Origin: Escherichia phage JSE
Sequence record: EU863408
Length of the DNA: 64,000 nt
Strand: one strand, 5' to 3'
Position numbers and translations under genes: made by a program. The notes beneath the pieces were generated by a model. That model did no database searches. It was not told the DNA's origin and saw only the letters and a list, made by a program, of their open reading frames with translations. Shown in pieces: positions 1-9,597 of this stretch. How positions within the stretch are numbered: position 1 is the stretch's first letter; every line of letters begins with the position of its first letter.

Positions 1-129
1 GAATGCGTACCAGTTCCATCAATACACGCTCACGATCTTTCAGTTGGCCTTCTAAGAATGCGGCCTTTTCTTGAGTGTCAAACAGACGTACTTTCAGGAC
101 ATTAATCATTTGTTCATGCTGATTGGACA
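1..129 (-). CDS. small coiled-coil protein, N-terminal part (gene runs past window start); position downstream of gene 1 matches T4 57A
   Basis: ATG at 127-129 preceded by GGAG; reads MSNQHEQMINVLKVRLFDTQEKAAFLEGQLKDRERVL; identity is positional only. Confidence 0.35.
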
Positions 130-162
130 TATTCACATCTCCTACTTGTTGATAACTTTTTA

Positions 163-819
163 TTAAATGTTCGCGAGAATCGCGCTTTCAAATTCTTCTA
201 ATGTACCATTATTTATGATAATGGTTTCACCGTCAATAGGCAAAATTCCTTTTTCGGTGGAGTGAGTCGATACAATACCAGTATCACGCTGAATATGCAA
301 CACCTTAGCACCCATAGCACGCACGAGAGCAATTTCAATAGGCTGACGCACATCAACCACTACAAAATAACCTTCTTCATTTTTGCGCTTCATAAACTCA
401 TTCACGAATAGATTACACCAATAAAGCGGATTGATCAAGTTAACCATTATATCAGTACCGAGAGTGGTTAACATGAGACGAATAGACCAGACGTTATTAT
501 GTTTTTCGCCAATCTCATTAACGACCTTGTAAATCTCAGCCAGACGATCACAAGTAAAGGAACTACCGCCATACTTCGAATCTAGCATAAGCAGACACTG
601 AATAAACCACTTATGCGCGGTATAGGTATCAATACCTAGATCGGCTTCTCTGTCACGCCCTAACCCGTCAAAGTCAAGATAAGTCAGACCTAAGTCTGGT
701 TGACATTCGCACAATATTTCTTTGATCGGTGCTGCCAGTTGATAACTATGTCCATCAATGATTAACGCGGCAGTATCTTTTCCTACTCGCTTTTTACCAC
801 AAAGTGCAATCAATTTCAT
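163..819 (-). CDS. 1: deoxynucleoside monophosphate kinase (T4 gp1-like)
   Basis: 218 aa; P-loop GKKRVGKDT near N-terminus; size and neighbours match T4 gene 1. Confidence 0.85.
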   Translation of the reverse strand: MKLIALCGKKRVGKDTAALIIDGHSYQLAAPIKEILCECQPDLGLTYLDFDGLGRDREADLGIDTYTAHKWFIQCLLMLDSKYGGSSFTCDRLAEIYKVVNEIGEKHNNVWSIRLMLTTLGTDIMVNLINPLYWCNLFVNEFMKRKNEEGYFVVVDVRQPIEIALVRAMGAKVLHIQRDTGIVSTHSTEKGILPIDGETIIINNGTLEEFESAILANI

Positions 820-834
820 TATATAAGCCTCTTA

Positions 835-1425
835 TTACTTTCTAAAAGCAGGGTGCATAGCTTTAATACCTTCCACCCTCTGACGATCCGCCGCCTGAAT
901 TGCTGGGCGAGGAACGATCAGTTGACCATCACGTTCAATGCTCATTGTTTTAAAGGGAAGAATTGCAGTACACACCAGAGATTCATGCATATCATCGGTG
1001 TATGTTAACTCAAGTTCCCCCAATTGTGAACACCAACAACCATAAAAGTTAAAAGTGCACACAATGTTACGTCGTTCGTTGTCCATCATGTGAACTTGAA
1101 CGGCTTCCGGCATTGAATCCTTCCACGCAGTGGAGTTACCGTTATTGTAGTCTACTATAGAAAGCATCCATGTGTAAAGGTTTAGATAGCTTTCCAAATG
1201 CTCATCGACAATAAACCGGACTACCAACGGGTCAAACTCCACATGACTAGACGGATAATCAGCGACCGCCAAACCATATTGACCAGCAACTTGCTTAGTC
1301 GGTGGAATGGTTATAGCCGGAAGTGTAACACCTTGAGCATTTAAAGTAAAGCCTTTTGTTAGTTGTCCATCTGGAATATTGATCTGCCAGTTGCTGGGGT
1401 TAGCATAGTTAAAGAGATTAGACAT
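835..1425 (-). CDS. 3: tail completion / sheath stabilizer protein (gp3-like)
   Basis: 196 aa; lies between gene 1 and gene 2 as in T4. Confidence 0.7.
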   Translation of the reverse strand: MSNLFNYANPSNWQINIPDGQLTKGFTLNAQGVTLPAITIPPTKQVAGQYGLAVADYPSSHVEFDPLVVRFIVDEHLESYLNLYTWMLSIVDYNNGNSTAWKDSMPEAVQVHMMDNERRNIVCTFNFYGCWCSQLGELELTYTDDMHESLVCTAILPFKTMSIERDGQLIVPRPAIQAADRQRVEGIKAMHPAFRK

Positions 1426-1615
1426 TACTGATTCCTCAAATGAAAATATTTATTAACAATTGTCGCTTTGCGACGTGCCGGAGGCACTGACTACTTTTTA
1501 ACCGAAACAAATTTTCTATTATTCTAAAGATCTTTCTTCGTTTTGGTTATGTTTTAACCAATAACTATATTTTTATACAGTAATAAATAAAACGGGTACT
1601 ATACGAGGACTTCTT

Positions 1616-1870
1616 ATGACAGAAGACATTTTGTTAAAACTCTATGATCGTCTGGATAACGAATTAGCAACATTGCGGGGTGAAGTTCTCTATTTGTCTA
1701 AATGCAATACAGATCTGCTTAAGCAGATTGCAGAAAGGGATGATCAAATAAAATCCCTTTCAGGTGCATTACGTGATCGCGACAAGGCATTAGAGATTTT
1801 ACAGCGTGTTACCAATAAGGAAGAATTAAAAGACTTCTTACATGGTTATGCTCATGCCATCGATCTATAA
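1616..1870 (+). CDS. hypothetical small coiled-coil protein (inserted relative to T4 order)
   Basis: 84 aa; GAGGA 7 nt upstream of ATG; opposite strand to flanking genes. Confidence 0.5.
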   Translation: MTEDILLKLYDRLDNELATLRGEVLYLSKCNTDLLKQIAERDDQIKSLSGALRDRDKALEILQRVTNKEELKDFLHGYAHAIDL

Positions 1871-1871
1871 T

Positions 1872-1896
1872 AAAAAAGCCCGTCATTGACGGGCTT
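1872..1896. terminator. bidirectional intrinsic terminator between convergent genes
   Basis: hairpin GCCCGTC-att-GACGGGC flanked by A6 on plus strand (T6 on minus). Confidence 0.5.
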
Positions 1897-1900
1897 AATG

Positions 1901-3043
1901 TTAACTATTGATCATATCAATGACGTTTTGTAGCTCTGATATGGATAGCGTTTCTGTATATCCATCTGGCATATCTTCTTTACTAACATAGAAACCTTTA
2001 TACTTTTTCTTTATTGCACATTCCATAGAAAGAGCATCATCACCGTTATCGTATTTTTTATAAAATGTCAACTCATGACGAAATATAGATTTTGAAGATT
2101 GGTTTTGTATTCTTTTTATTAATCTGTTGTTGGTTATACCAAATTTTATAGCAACCGCAACATCTTCTTTGTATAAAGTTTGTACATAAATGTATGCAGG
2201 TTTATTCCTCTTAAATCCATGATTGCTACACATAGGGCAACCGCTATTTTTTGATACGTAGTCTCCTAAGTTTGGCGTAAATTCATGTCCGCTACTACAA
2301 CGCATTACCAATTTTGTTTTTAGCATTCCTCTATACTCACCGCCAACAAAATCAACAAATGTATCACCTTTATCAATCGCCTTATCTGTTATTTCCTTTA
2401 CTACTTGCTCAGTTGACTTCTTGTTTTTACCTGAACATAGTTTACATCTAGATCCATTAACTAAAAACGAGTGACCGGATGCAGTATATTCATGTCCATT
2501 AGGGCATTTAACTAAGATATTTCTTTCATAAAAATCTTTATAATCAGACACATAGCCAATGACTTCGTGGTCTTTTTGGTTATTCCTCATCTCTGTTAGC
2601 AACTCTTCGCTATTCCAGCGTTTACCCTTAACGCAGAGACAACCATGACCTTGATAAAGATATATAAATTTCTTAGTAAAGTTTTTGTTGCAATCAGGAC
2701 AATGCATTAGTAATTCTGTCATTTGACCTGTATATCCTTTAGGAATATCGATCAATGTGTATTTTCCGCATATTGTCTTTAATGCATCATCTATTCTTTC
2801 TTTGGTCCAGCGTAAGCGACCAGTGCATTCATGACATTTTACACCCAGTCTAAGAGTATCTAAACTAAATATAGTTGACGTATGTCCTTTATCACATTTT
2901 AACTTAAATCTAGTATCCTTTGCGTTGGTGTATTCTCCGACTAGACCATACCATTCATAACAACATGGGATATGTTCTTTTACCTTCTCTAGATATACAC
3001 CGAACGGTCTAGGAACTGAATTGGGTTTTCTTTCTTTAGTCAT
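1901..3043 (-). CDS. Zn-ribbon repeat protein with C-terminal T5orf172 / GIY-YIG-like domain
   Basis: 380 aa; four repeats of C-x2-GH...C-x-x-C; C-terminus PAYIYVQ...AIKFGITNNRLIKR resembles the T5orf172 motif. Confidence 0.5.
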   Translation of the reverse strand: MTKERKPNSVPRPFGVYLEKVKEHIPCCYEWYGLVGEYTNAKDTRFKLKCDKGHTSTIFSLDTLRLGVKCHECTGRLRWTKERIDDALKTICGKYTLIDIPKGYTGQMTELLMHCPDCNKNFTKKFIYLYQGHGCLCVKGKRWNSEELLTEMRNNQKDHEVIGYVSDYKDFYERNILVKCPNGHEYTASGHSFLVNGSRCKLCSGKNKKSTEQVVKEITDKAIDKGDTFVDFVGGEYRGMLKTKLVMRCSSGHEFTPNLGDYVSKNSGCPMCSNHGFKRNKPAYIYVQTLYKEDVAVAIKFGITNNRLIKRIQNQSSKSIFRHELTFYKKYDNGDDALSMECAIKKKYKGFYVSKEDMPDGYTETLSISELQNVIDMINS

Positions 3044-3065
3044 ATTTTTATATCCTGTAAATTAA

Positions 3066-3092
3066 AGCGCCGTCACCAGCGGCGCTATTTTT
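3066..3092. terminator. hairpin between gene 2 and the Zn-ribbon gene
   Basis: AGCGCCG-tcaccag-CGGCGCT followed by ATTTTTAT. Confidence 0.4.
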
Positions 3093-3099
3093 ATAATCA

Positions 3100-3846
3100 T
3101 TAAAACAATTTCCACACCTTACGAGCATCATATTTCTTGTCTTTGCTCATAAACTGGTAGGTCGGAAGATACACAACCGTGCTCCAATCTTTTGGTGCGA
3201 TCTCAATCAGTTTTGTTTGGATGTGTCCAGGCAAATATGCTTTGATCATGTGGTCTGCGCCTCTCATACCTTTAACATCACTCCATTTAATTTTTAAACG
3301 AGTTTTATTACTAAGAGTAGGTGTACTCGCGTATTGTCGCAACAACGCTTCTAAGAACTGCTGGCGAGCTTTAGGTGGCGCATAGTGCAAGTTCAAACCT
3401 AGCATAATCTCGTTTCCCGCTTTAGATGTACCAAATCCTAGACAGATAATCAAGGGGTATCGGTCAAAGAATGGCAAAGAATCCCGATATTTTGGGTTAT
3501 ACGCATAAGTATAGATCCGTCCCACTTGTGGTTTTACTACCTGATGACCTTTTACACCATCCTTGATGGTCTTCATAAACCACTCCTGTGATTTTTCTTT
3601 AGGACGACTCTTTGATACAGCACGCATAGACGCACGAAAATCATTAATCATCATCATTGCGCGTTGCTGCTTATTGAGACCCTTTGCACCTTTCCCTTTT
3701 AGTTTTTCAACTTCTATTGCTGTTTTAATTTCGCTGGCATAACGAGACATACTTTTAGTGAAAGTCGCATAGGCTATTCCCTTAGAATCTGCAAATGCTT
3801 TAGCTGTCATGCCTTTGGCTTTTGCTTTCGCAAATTCTACACCCAA
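3100..3846 (-). CDS. 2: DNA end protector protein (gp2-like)
   Basis: 248 aa basic protein; position between 3 and 4. Confidence 0.75.
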   Translation of the reverse strand: MGVEFAKAKAKGMTAKAFADSKGIAYATFTKSMSRYASEIKTAIEVEKLKGKGAKGLNKQQRAMMMINDFRASMRAVSKSRPKEKSQEWFMKTIKDGVKGHQVVKPQVGRIYTYAYNPKYRDSLPFFDRYPLIICLGFGTSKAGNEIMLGLNLHYAPPKARQQFLEALLRQYASTPTLSNKTRLKIKWSDVKGMRGADHMIKAYLPGHIQTKLIEIAPKDWSTVVYLPTYQFMSKDKKYDARKVWKLF

Positions 3847-3933
3847 TTCGACCCACTGTTTAGACTTTCGTTTTTGGGGTAGACGGCTTTTCGTCTTCTG
3901 TGATTATTTCAAATACGCTCATAATATTATCCT

Positions 3934-4407
3934 CTATTTGTTAAGCCCTTTAAAGCCAAACACTTTCTTTAATGCATGTTCGGTGATGATCTTAAACTCC
4001 ATGTTATGCTTTTGGCATAATTTCACGGCAGCTAACCATTTTTCAGTATTTTTTGTGTATGTCCATACTTCATGCATATATCGTTGCTTTGTCTTCGCGG
4101 TCATTCTTTTTGGCTTTTCCGGTGGCCTTGTCTCTTTAGCTGGTTTAACTTCCCATAAATGCTCCTTGCCATCATCAAACTTAACGTAAAAATCCATAAA
4201 GTATCTGTGTCTTTTTCCGTCTGTTGATGACTCATAAGGAATTACTACGGTCTCAGATCCCCATTTTGCAACTCTAGGATTGCGGTCTAGCCACTGCATG
4301 ATCCATCTTTCCCAGCTTGAACGGTATGTGATCTTACGTATATCCCCTTTATACTTTTCCTTATTCTCAGGAACATACTTGCCCTTATAAGTGTTAGATC
4401 CTCCCAT
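3934..4407 (-). CDS. 4: head completion protein (gp4-like)
   Basis: 157 aa; YKGD..TYRS.WE...W signature recalled from T4 gp4. Confidence 0.8.
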   Translation of the reverse strand: MGGSNTYKGKYVPENKEKYKGDIRKITYRSSWERWIMQWLDRNPRVAKWGSETVVIPYESSTDGKRHRYFMDFYVKFDDGKEHLWEVKPAKETRPPEKPKRMTAKTKQRYMHEVWTYTKNTEKWLAAVKLCQKHNMEFKIITEHALKKVFGFKGLNK

Positions 4408-4422
4408 TTTAGCACCCTTTAT

Positions 4423-4430
4423 TATAAATA
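4423..4430 (+). promoter_or_regulatory. T4-type late promoter TATAAATA upstream of gene 53
   Basis: exact TATAAATA 33 nt before the ATG at 4463. Confidence 0.5.
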
Positions 4431-4462
4431 CATAATACTATTTATCAATTGAGGGTGATAAA

Positions 4463-5017
4463 ATGCTCTTTTCTTTCTTCCCTGCCATTGAATACAACGG
4501 CAAGATGATTACTGACATTGTGCGCAATTACCGCGCATATTTCAACGCAATAATTTCTGATTATAACATACAAACATATTACATTCAAGGTAGTCCACGA
4601 CCGGAACAAGTTGCATATGAAGTATACGGAAACCAACAACTTTACTGGATCTTGCTGATGCTTAATGACGTATACGATCCGTTCCATGACTGGATCACCG
4701 ATCAAGAGACAGCATATGAATCAGCCGAACAACGATATGCAAATGTCGGAGGAAATCAAGTATTATACCACGTTGATATTGACGGAAACAAGTATTGGAA
4801 TCTTACCGAATATCCGAAAGGATCAAGCAATTGGTATGATAAAGGGGATATTCATCACCGTCATTTGCAGTTTCATGGTGCATTGTCGGCAGTGGACACA
4901 CTGGAAGATGCGATCCTCCGTAATGAGGAACGACGCAAGATCAAGATCATAGATCCTACACAAATTAAACAATTTATTAACGCATTCATTCGAGAAATGG
5001 AAAAGGCTGATGTGTAA
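4463..5017 (+). CDS. 53: baseplate wedge protein gp53-like
   Basis: 184 aa; position before gene 5. Confidence 0.8.
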   Translation: MLFSFFPAIEYNGKMITDIVRNYRAYFNAIISDYNIQTYYIQGSPRPEQVAYEVYGNQQLYWILLMLNDVYDPFHDWITDQETAYESAEQRYANVGGNQVLYHVDIDGNKYWNLTEYPKGSSNWYDKGDIHHRHLQFHGALSAVDTLEDAILRNEERRKIKIIDPTQIKQFINAFIREMEKADV

Positions 5018-5028
5018 GGTGATTAATT

Positions 5029-6828
5029 ATGCTAATGTTTAATAACTCCGTTAAATGGTTTACCGGAATTGTAGAAAACAGGGAAGACCCATTAATGCTG
5101 GGGCGTGTTCAGGTTAGGATTCATGGTATACATCCCTCGCTATCCGCGCACGGTGACATTCAAGGTCTTCCAACAGAAGATCTATTATGGATTACGCCAG
5201 TACAAGATATTACAAGCGCGGCGATCTCCGGTATAGGTCAAAGCCCTACTGGTATTGTTGAAGGTTCAATGGTATTTGGTTTGGCTTTAGATGAACGTTA
5301 TTTAAACTGCGTTATTCTGGGTACTATTGCCGGACAATATACAGAGAAACCACTCACTACAGAAGGTTTTTGCGACCCTTCTGGTGCATATCCTCGTTAT
5401 ATTGGTAATGATGTTAATATTCTTGCTCGTGGCGGTATTAACCCAGAAACCGGACAAACAACAAAACCTGATAGTGTCTATATTCGAGATGAAAACACTG
5501 GAGTTGCAGTAAATCCAGACGACGAGCCATTAGACCAAATTCCGGTTGATGATAATCCTGATTTTACAATAGAAAAAATGCTGAGGGGCGATGAGGGATA
5601 TCGCGAGAAATGGTATCTTGATTCAGAAGGATATCCGACAATAGGCATCGGGCATTTGATCATTTATAAGAAAACCAGTGATCTGGGTATTATCAATAAT
5701 GAACTTTCTAAGCTGGTAGGGCGTGAAGTTACAAACGGAAGACTTACCGCCGAAGAAGTTAGTAAAGTATTTGCTGACGATATAGAAAAGACTCGTCGTG
5801 ATATGCGCAAACATCCACGAATTGCACCTGTCTATAATAAATGTAATGCCTCTCGTCGTATGGCATTAGAAAATATGGCGTTTCAAATGGGTGTTGGTGG
5901 ATTGGGTAAATTTAAGAATAGTCTTGCTGCGATGTTAGCGGAAGAATGGAAACAAGCCTATGATGGATTACGTCAATCTGTATGGGCTAATCAAACTCCA
6001 GGACGGTCAAGCCGTGTTTCTAAAATTATTCTTACTGGTAACTTAGAATCATATGGCGTAATTGCTCCAAAGAAAGAGGAATCTGTTTCTGATGATCCGC
6101 GAGCACGTTTGAGAAATGCCCGTATTGCTGCCTATAAGACGCAGAGAGCAGAAGAAGACCCAGAAGCACCGTTTACCCCACAAGACACACGAATCATGTT
6201 TAAAGAGCCTAAGAGTTCGTATTCTGCGAGGTATCCTTATAACCATGTGTACGAGTCAGAGAGCGGTCATATTATCGAGATTGATGATACTCCTTCTCAT
6301 GAGCGTTATCACCGCAAACATCCTTCTGGTACATTTGAAGAAACCAGACCGGACGGAACGAGGGTAGAAAAGATTGAAGGTGATGATTATCTAATCGTTA
6401 AACAAGGCCGGAAAGTAAACGTTAAGGGTAATTTGCAAGTTGTTGTTGAAGGTGACGCGCAAGTTTATTATATGGGTAATGTGATGCAAACCGTTGATGG
6501 TAACGTCACTGAATTTATTCGTGGCAATGTTAATCAGACCGTTGAAGGTACGGCTAACATGCATGTTGTAGGTGATGTTACCGCTCAACTTGACGCTAAT
6601 TTAACGGCTAATGTCAAGGGTAATGCTGAATTAATGATCGAGGGTAACACTACCGAAACAATTAAAGGTAACTATGATTTAACCGTTGAGGGTAATTTTA
6701 ATATGACCGTCAATGGCACTAAATCAGATCAGGTTAATGGTGACTGGTCCCGTAATTGTGGTGCAAGCGTTAAAGATATTGCATCTGGTACAGTTCAAAT
6801 TGATGGTAGCCGTATTGATTTTGGGTGA
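5029..6828 (+). CDS. 5: baseplate hub + tail lysozyme (gp5-like)
   Basis: 599 aa; central lysozyme-like segment; C-terminal V-x-G-N-x-x-x-T-V-E-G beta-helix repeats. Confidence 0.9.
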   Translation: MLMFNNSVKWFTGIVENREDPLMLGRVQVRIHGIHPSLSAHGDIQGLPTEDLLWITPVQDITSAAISGIGQSPTGIVEGSMVFGLALDERYLNCVILGTIAGQYTEKPLTTEGFCDPSGAYPRYIGNDVNILARGGINPETGQTTKPDSVYIRDENTGVAVNPDDEPLDQIPVDDNPDFTIEKMLRGDEGYREKWYLDSEGYPTIGIGHLIIYKKTSDLGIINNELSKLVGREVTNGRLTAEEVSKVFADDIEKTRRDMRKHPRIAPVYNKCNASRRMALENMAFQMGVGGLGKFKNSLAAMLAEEWKQAYDGLRQSVWANQTPGRSSRVSKIILTGNLESYGVIAPKKEESVSDDPRARLRNARIAAYKTQRAEEDPEAPFTPQDTRIMFKEPKSSYSARYPYNHVYESESGHIIEIDDTPSHERYHRKHPSGTFEETRPDGTRVEKIEGDDYLIVKQGRKVNVKGNLQVVVEGDAQVYYMGNVMQTVDGNVTEFIRGNVNQTVEGTANMHVVGDVTAQLDANLTANVKGNAELMIEGNTTETIKGNYDLTVEGNFNMTVNGTKSDQVNGDWSRNCGASVKDIASGTVQIDGSRIDFG

Positions 6829-6836
6829 GGTAACTA

Positions 6837-7403
6837 ATGGTTGAAATTCTTCCGATGAATTCAAAATTGGAGGATATCAGCGAGCGAGAAATCTTTGAGG
6901 TGGTGTTCTCTTATAAAGCAACGCCACCGGATGCAAATACCACATACACAATTAAAGAGTTTAAGATCAGCGAGTATCGCCCTAATAAGGGCGTTACCGT
7001 TGAAGAAACTAAAATATCTGGTGAGTATCGGGATAGTTTTTCGCTTGGCGCGGATTCTCTTAAATATATAACGAAAGATAGAATTAAAAAATCTGCCGGA
7101 AGTTTTGATGATTTACCAGATCCAACTACCGCAGATCTATATTATTTTAACGCTCCTACACGTCTACAGGAGGTTTATACTTATAAAGTAACCCTAACCT
7201 ATATCCAATCTGTTTCAGAGTCTTCTGGTGGTTCTGGTGAAGGAAATAGTGGTGGTTCCAATAGCCGAGAGGGTGCTGGTGAAACTAATCCTCCTCCGGT
7301 AGTAACCGAACACACAATAGAGAAAGTTTATACTCAAACCGTTTTTGGAAATTGGGATGTGTGGGCGCAGCAACTAAGAGATTATGTACATAGGGGTGTT
7401 TAA
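6837..7403 (+). CDS. 5.1: gp5.1-like protein
   Basis: 188 aa; between gene 5 and the PAAR gene. Confidence 0.45.
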   Translation: MVEILPMNSKLEDISEREIFEVVFSYKATPPDANTTYTIKEFKISEYRPNKGVTVEETKISGEYRDSFSLGADSLKYITKDRIKKSAGSFDDLPDPTTADLYYFNAPTRLQEVYTYKVTLTYIQSVSESSGGSGEGNSGGSNSREGAGETNPPPVVTEHTIEKVYTQTVFGNWDVWAQQLRDYVHRGV

Positions 7404-7696
7404 TGGCTGGATTATCCTACGATAAAGCTAAAACTACAGGGCACGGAAACTACCCACCTACGGTAATTAATGCAACTCAATCTAAGGTATTTGTTGAGGG
7501 TATCCCTGTATTAGTCGAAGGAGACCCAATTACACCACACACAAAAACAACAAAGCCTTATGATACACACGGGGGAACTACGGTCGCCAGTACCCCGAAA
7601 GTATTTGTTACCGGAAAGAAAGCAATTCAAATGGCAGATCGTATTAGCTGTGGCGATACCGTCGCTATGGCATCACCGAAGGTATTCATAAAATGA
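7403..7696 (+). CDS. 5.4: PAAR-repeat spike tip protein (gp5.4-like)
   Basis: 97 aa; repeated PKVFV/PKVFI segments; size and position. Confidence 0.7.
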   Translation: MAGLSYDKAKTTGHGNYPPTVINATQSKVFVEGIPVLVEGDPITPHTKTTKPYDTHGGTTVASTPKVFVTGKKAIQMADRISCGDTVAMASPKVFIK

Positions 7697-9597
7697 CAAA
7701 GCAAAAGATTACACAAATTCCTGATATTTTTAATGCTGCTACATTCGATGAAATTAAAAGCGCATTAACAGACTGGATGAGAAACCAGGAAGAATTTAAA
7801 GATTTTGATTTTAATGGTGCTGGTATTAACGTATTGATGGACTTGCTCGCATATAACACTCTGTATATTCAGCAATTCGCTAACGCCGCGCTATATGAAT
7901 CTTTTATCAGAACGGCAATTAAGCGTAGTTCAGTTGTTCAAGCCGCGCAAGATTTAGGATATTTGCCAGCAAGTAAAACTAGTGCATCGACTACAATTAT
8001 GTTGCACGTAACACATCCTCGAAATCCGGCAAGTATTCGAATCCCACGAGGAACTAAATTTATTGCAAGTGTGGATCGCCAGACGTCTTATCCGTTTGTG
8101 ACTACAGAAGACGTTGTGAGCGTTTTAGGTTCAAATGGTTTATATACGCCTATGCTTAAAGTCGCACAAGGTCGTATTGTTCGTACAGAAATGTTATTTG
8201 ATCCGAAGAAACAAATTCTGATCCGCGATCCTGATATTGACCGCGCTCAGGTTAAATTGTGGGTAGACGGTGCTGAATGGAAAGACTGGACACGAGAAAG
8301 CATTGTTAACGCAACTGGTGCAAGCAATATTTTCTATATGCGTGAAACCGTAGACGGTCATACAGAAATCTTCTTTGGTGAAGGTGAATCAACTTTATCT
8401 GCTGCTGGCGGTGCACTGGAAGCAAATTATATTGGTGGACTTAAGCCGTCAACTGGTGCTAATATTGTTATCGAATATATCAGCACTAAAGGCGCGGAAG
8501 CTAACGGATCTGTCAATTTCACATACGCGGATACATTGGCATCTATCTCTATTGTTAAAATTATTGAGAATCCGACAAATGATCGTGATTATGTCGGTGC
8601 AGATGGTGGTGGTGATCCTGAATCAATCGAACGTATCCGTGAACTTGCTCCGGTAATGCGTGAATCTCAGCGTCGTTGTGTTACTGCTTCTGACTATGAG
8701 GCTTTTGTATCTAGCCGTTTTGGTAGTATTGTTCAGGCGGTACAATGTTTCACCGACCGAGAAAAACCGGGTTATGCTTTTGTTGCTGTTAAGCCTAAAT
8801 CTGGCTTGCGTTTGACAACTGTTCAAAAAGAAGATATGCGGGATTATCTGGCAAAATATAATCTTGCCCCTATCACGCCGAGCATCATTGACCCAAACTA
8901 TCTGTATATTAAACAGAATATTAAAGTTTCCTATTCAATCAATGACTTGTCAGAATCAGAGCAGTGGTTGCGCGGTGCGGTTATTGATCAGATTGATGCA
9001 TATTATACCGACGAAGTGGAAATTTTTAACCAGACCTTTAGTAAGTCTAAAATGCTTGCTCGTATTGACAAAGCTGATGTATCTGTGATAGGTTCTAGTG
9101 CAGAAATCGAGATGGTGCGAGAGATCGACAACTTCTATAAAGCACCTATGGCTGGAATCAAGTTTTTAAACCAGTATAAGAGCGGAATCAAGTCTAGTTC
9201 ATTCAACTTCGAAAAGGACGACAAGCAATATCCGATCCATTATGTAAGTACAGAAATGAACAAAGAATCCGGTTTAGCTAAATTGCTGGTTGGACCTTTC
9301 CCTGTTGGTTCTGCAATCGCTTTACCGCACTATTCCGGCACTGATTTTGATAAAGAGGTTATCGACGGTGCGGACCTATACTTTGAGGTTGGAGAGGTTC
9401 AGCATTATGACGACCTTATTTCATGGGATCTGGGTAAACTGAATATCAATAGCGATCGCTTTACTGGTTCATATATTGAGTTGACAGCTAAACCGATTGC
9501 TGATAACATCTTTACTAAAGACGGTTCTTTGATCGTGTTTGAAAACGATCTCCGTCCTCAGTACACAACTATTAGTCTGGAGGCAATTGCTCAATGA
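7693..9597 (+). CDS. 6: baseplate wedge protein gp6-like
   Basis: 634 aa; order 5-6-7-8. Confidence 0.8.
   Translation: MTKQKITQIPDIFNAATFDEIKSALTDWMRNQEEFKDFDFNGAGINVLMDLLAYNTLYIQQFANAALYESFIRTAIKRSSVVQAAQDLGYLPASKTSASTTIMLHVTHPRNPASIRIPRGTKFIASVDRQTSYPFVTTEDVVSVLGSNGLYTPMLKVAQGRIVRTEMLFDPKKQILIRDPDIDRAQVKLWVDGAEWKDWTRESIVNATGASNIFYMRETVDGHTEIFFGEGESTLSAAGGALEANYIGGLKPSTGANIVIEYISTKGAEANGSVNFTYADTLASISIVKIIENPTNDRDYVGADGGGDPESIERIRELAPVMRESQRRCVTASDYEAFVSSRFGSIVQAVQCFTDREKPGYAFVAVKPKSGLRLTTVQKEDMRDYLAKYNLAPITPSIIDPNYLYIKQNIKVSYSINDLSESEQWLRGAVIDQIDAYYTDEVEIFNQTFSKSKMLARIDKADVSVIGSSAEIEMVREIDNFYKAPMAGIKFLNQYKSGIKSSSFNFEKDDKQYPIHYVSTEMNKESGLAKLLVGPFPVGSAIALPHYSGTDFDKEVIDGADLYFEVGEVQHYDDLISWDLGKLNINSDRFTGSYIELTAKPIADNIFTKDGSLIVFENDLRPQYTTISLEAIAQ

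Noticed and set aside
3809-4189. 126-aa plus-strand ORF spanning the gene 2/gene 4 junction
   Set aside because: Overlaps two minus-strand genes with clear homology; hydrophobic low-complexity translation.
6420-6800. Periodic GGTAAT/GGTGAC repeats in DNA
   Set aside because: They encode the V-x-G-N-x-x-x-T-V-E-G beta-helix of the gp5 needle rather than a non-coding repeat.
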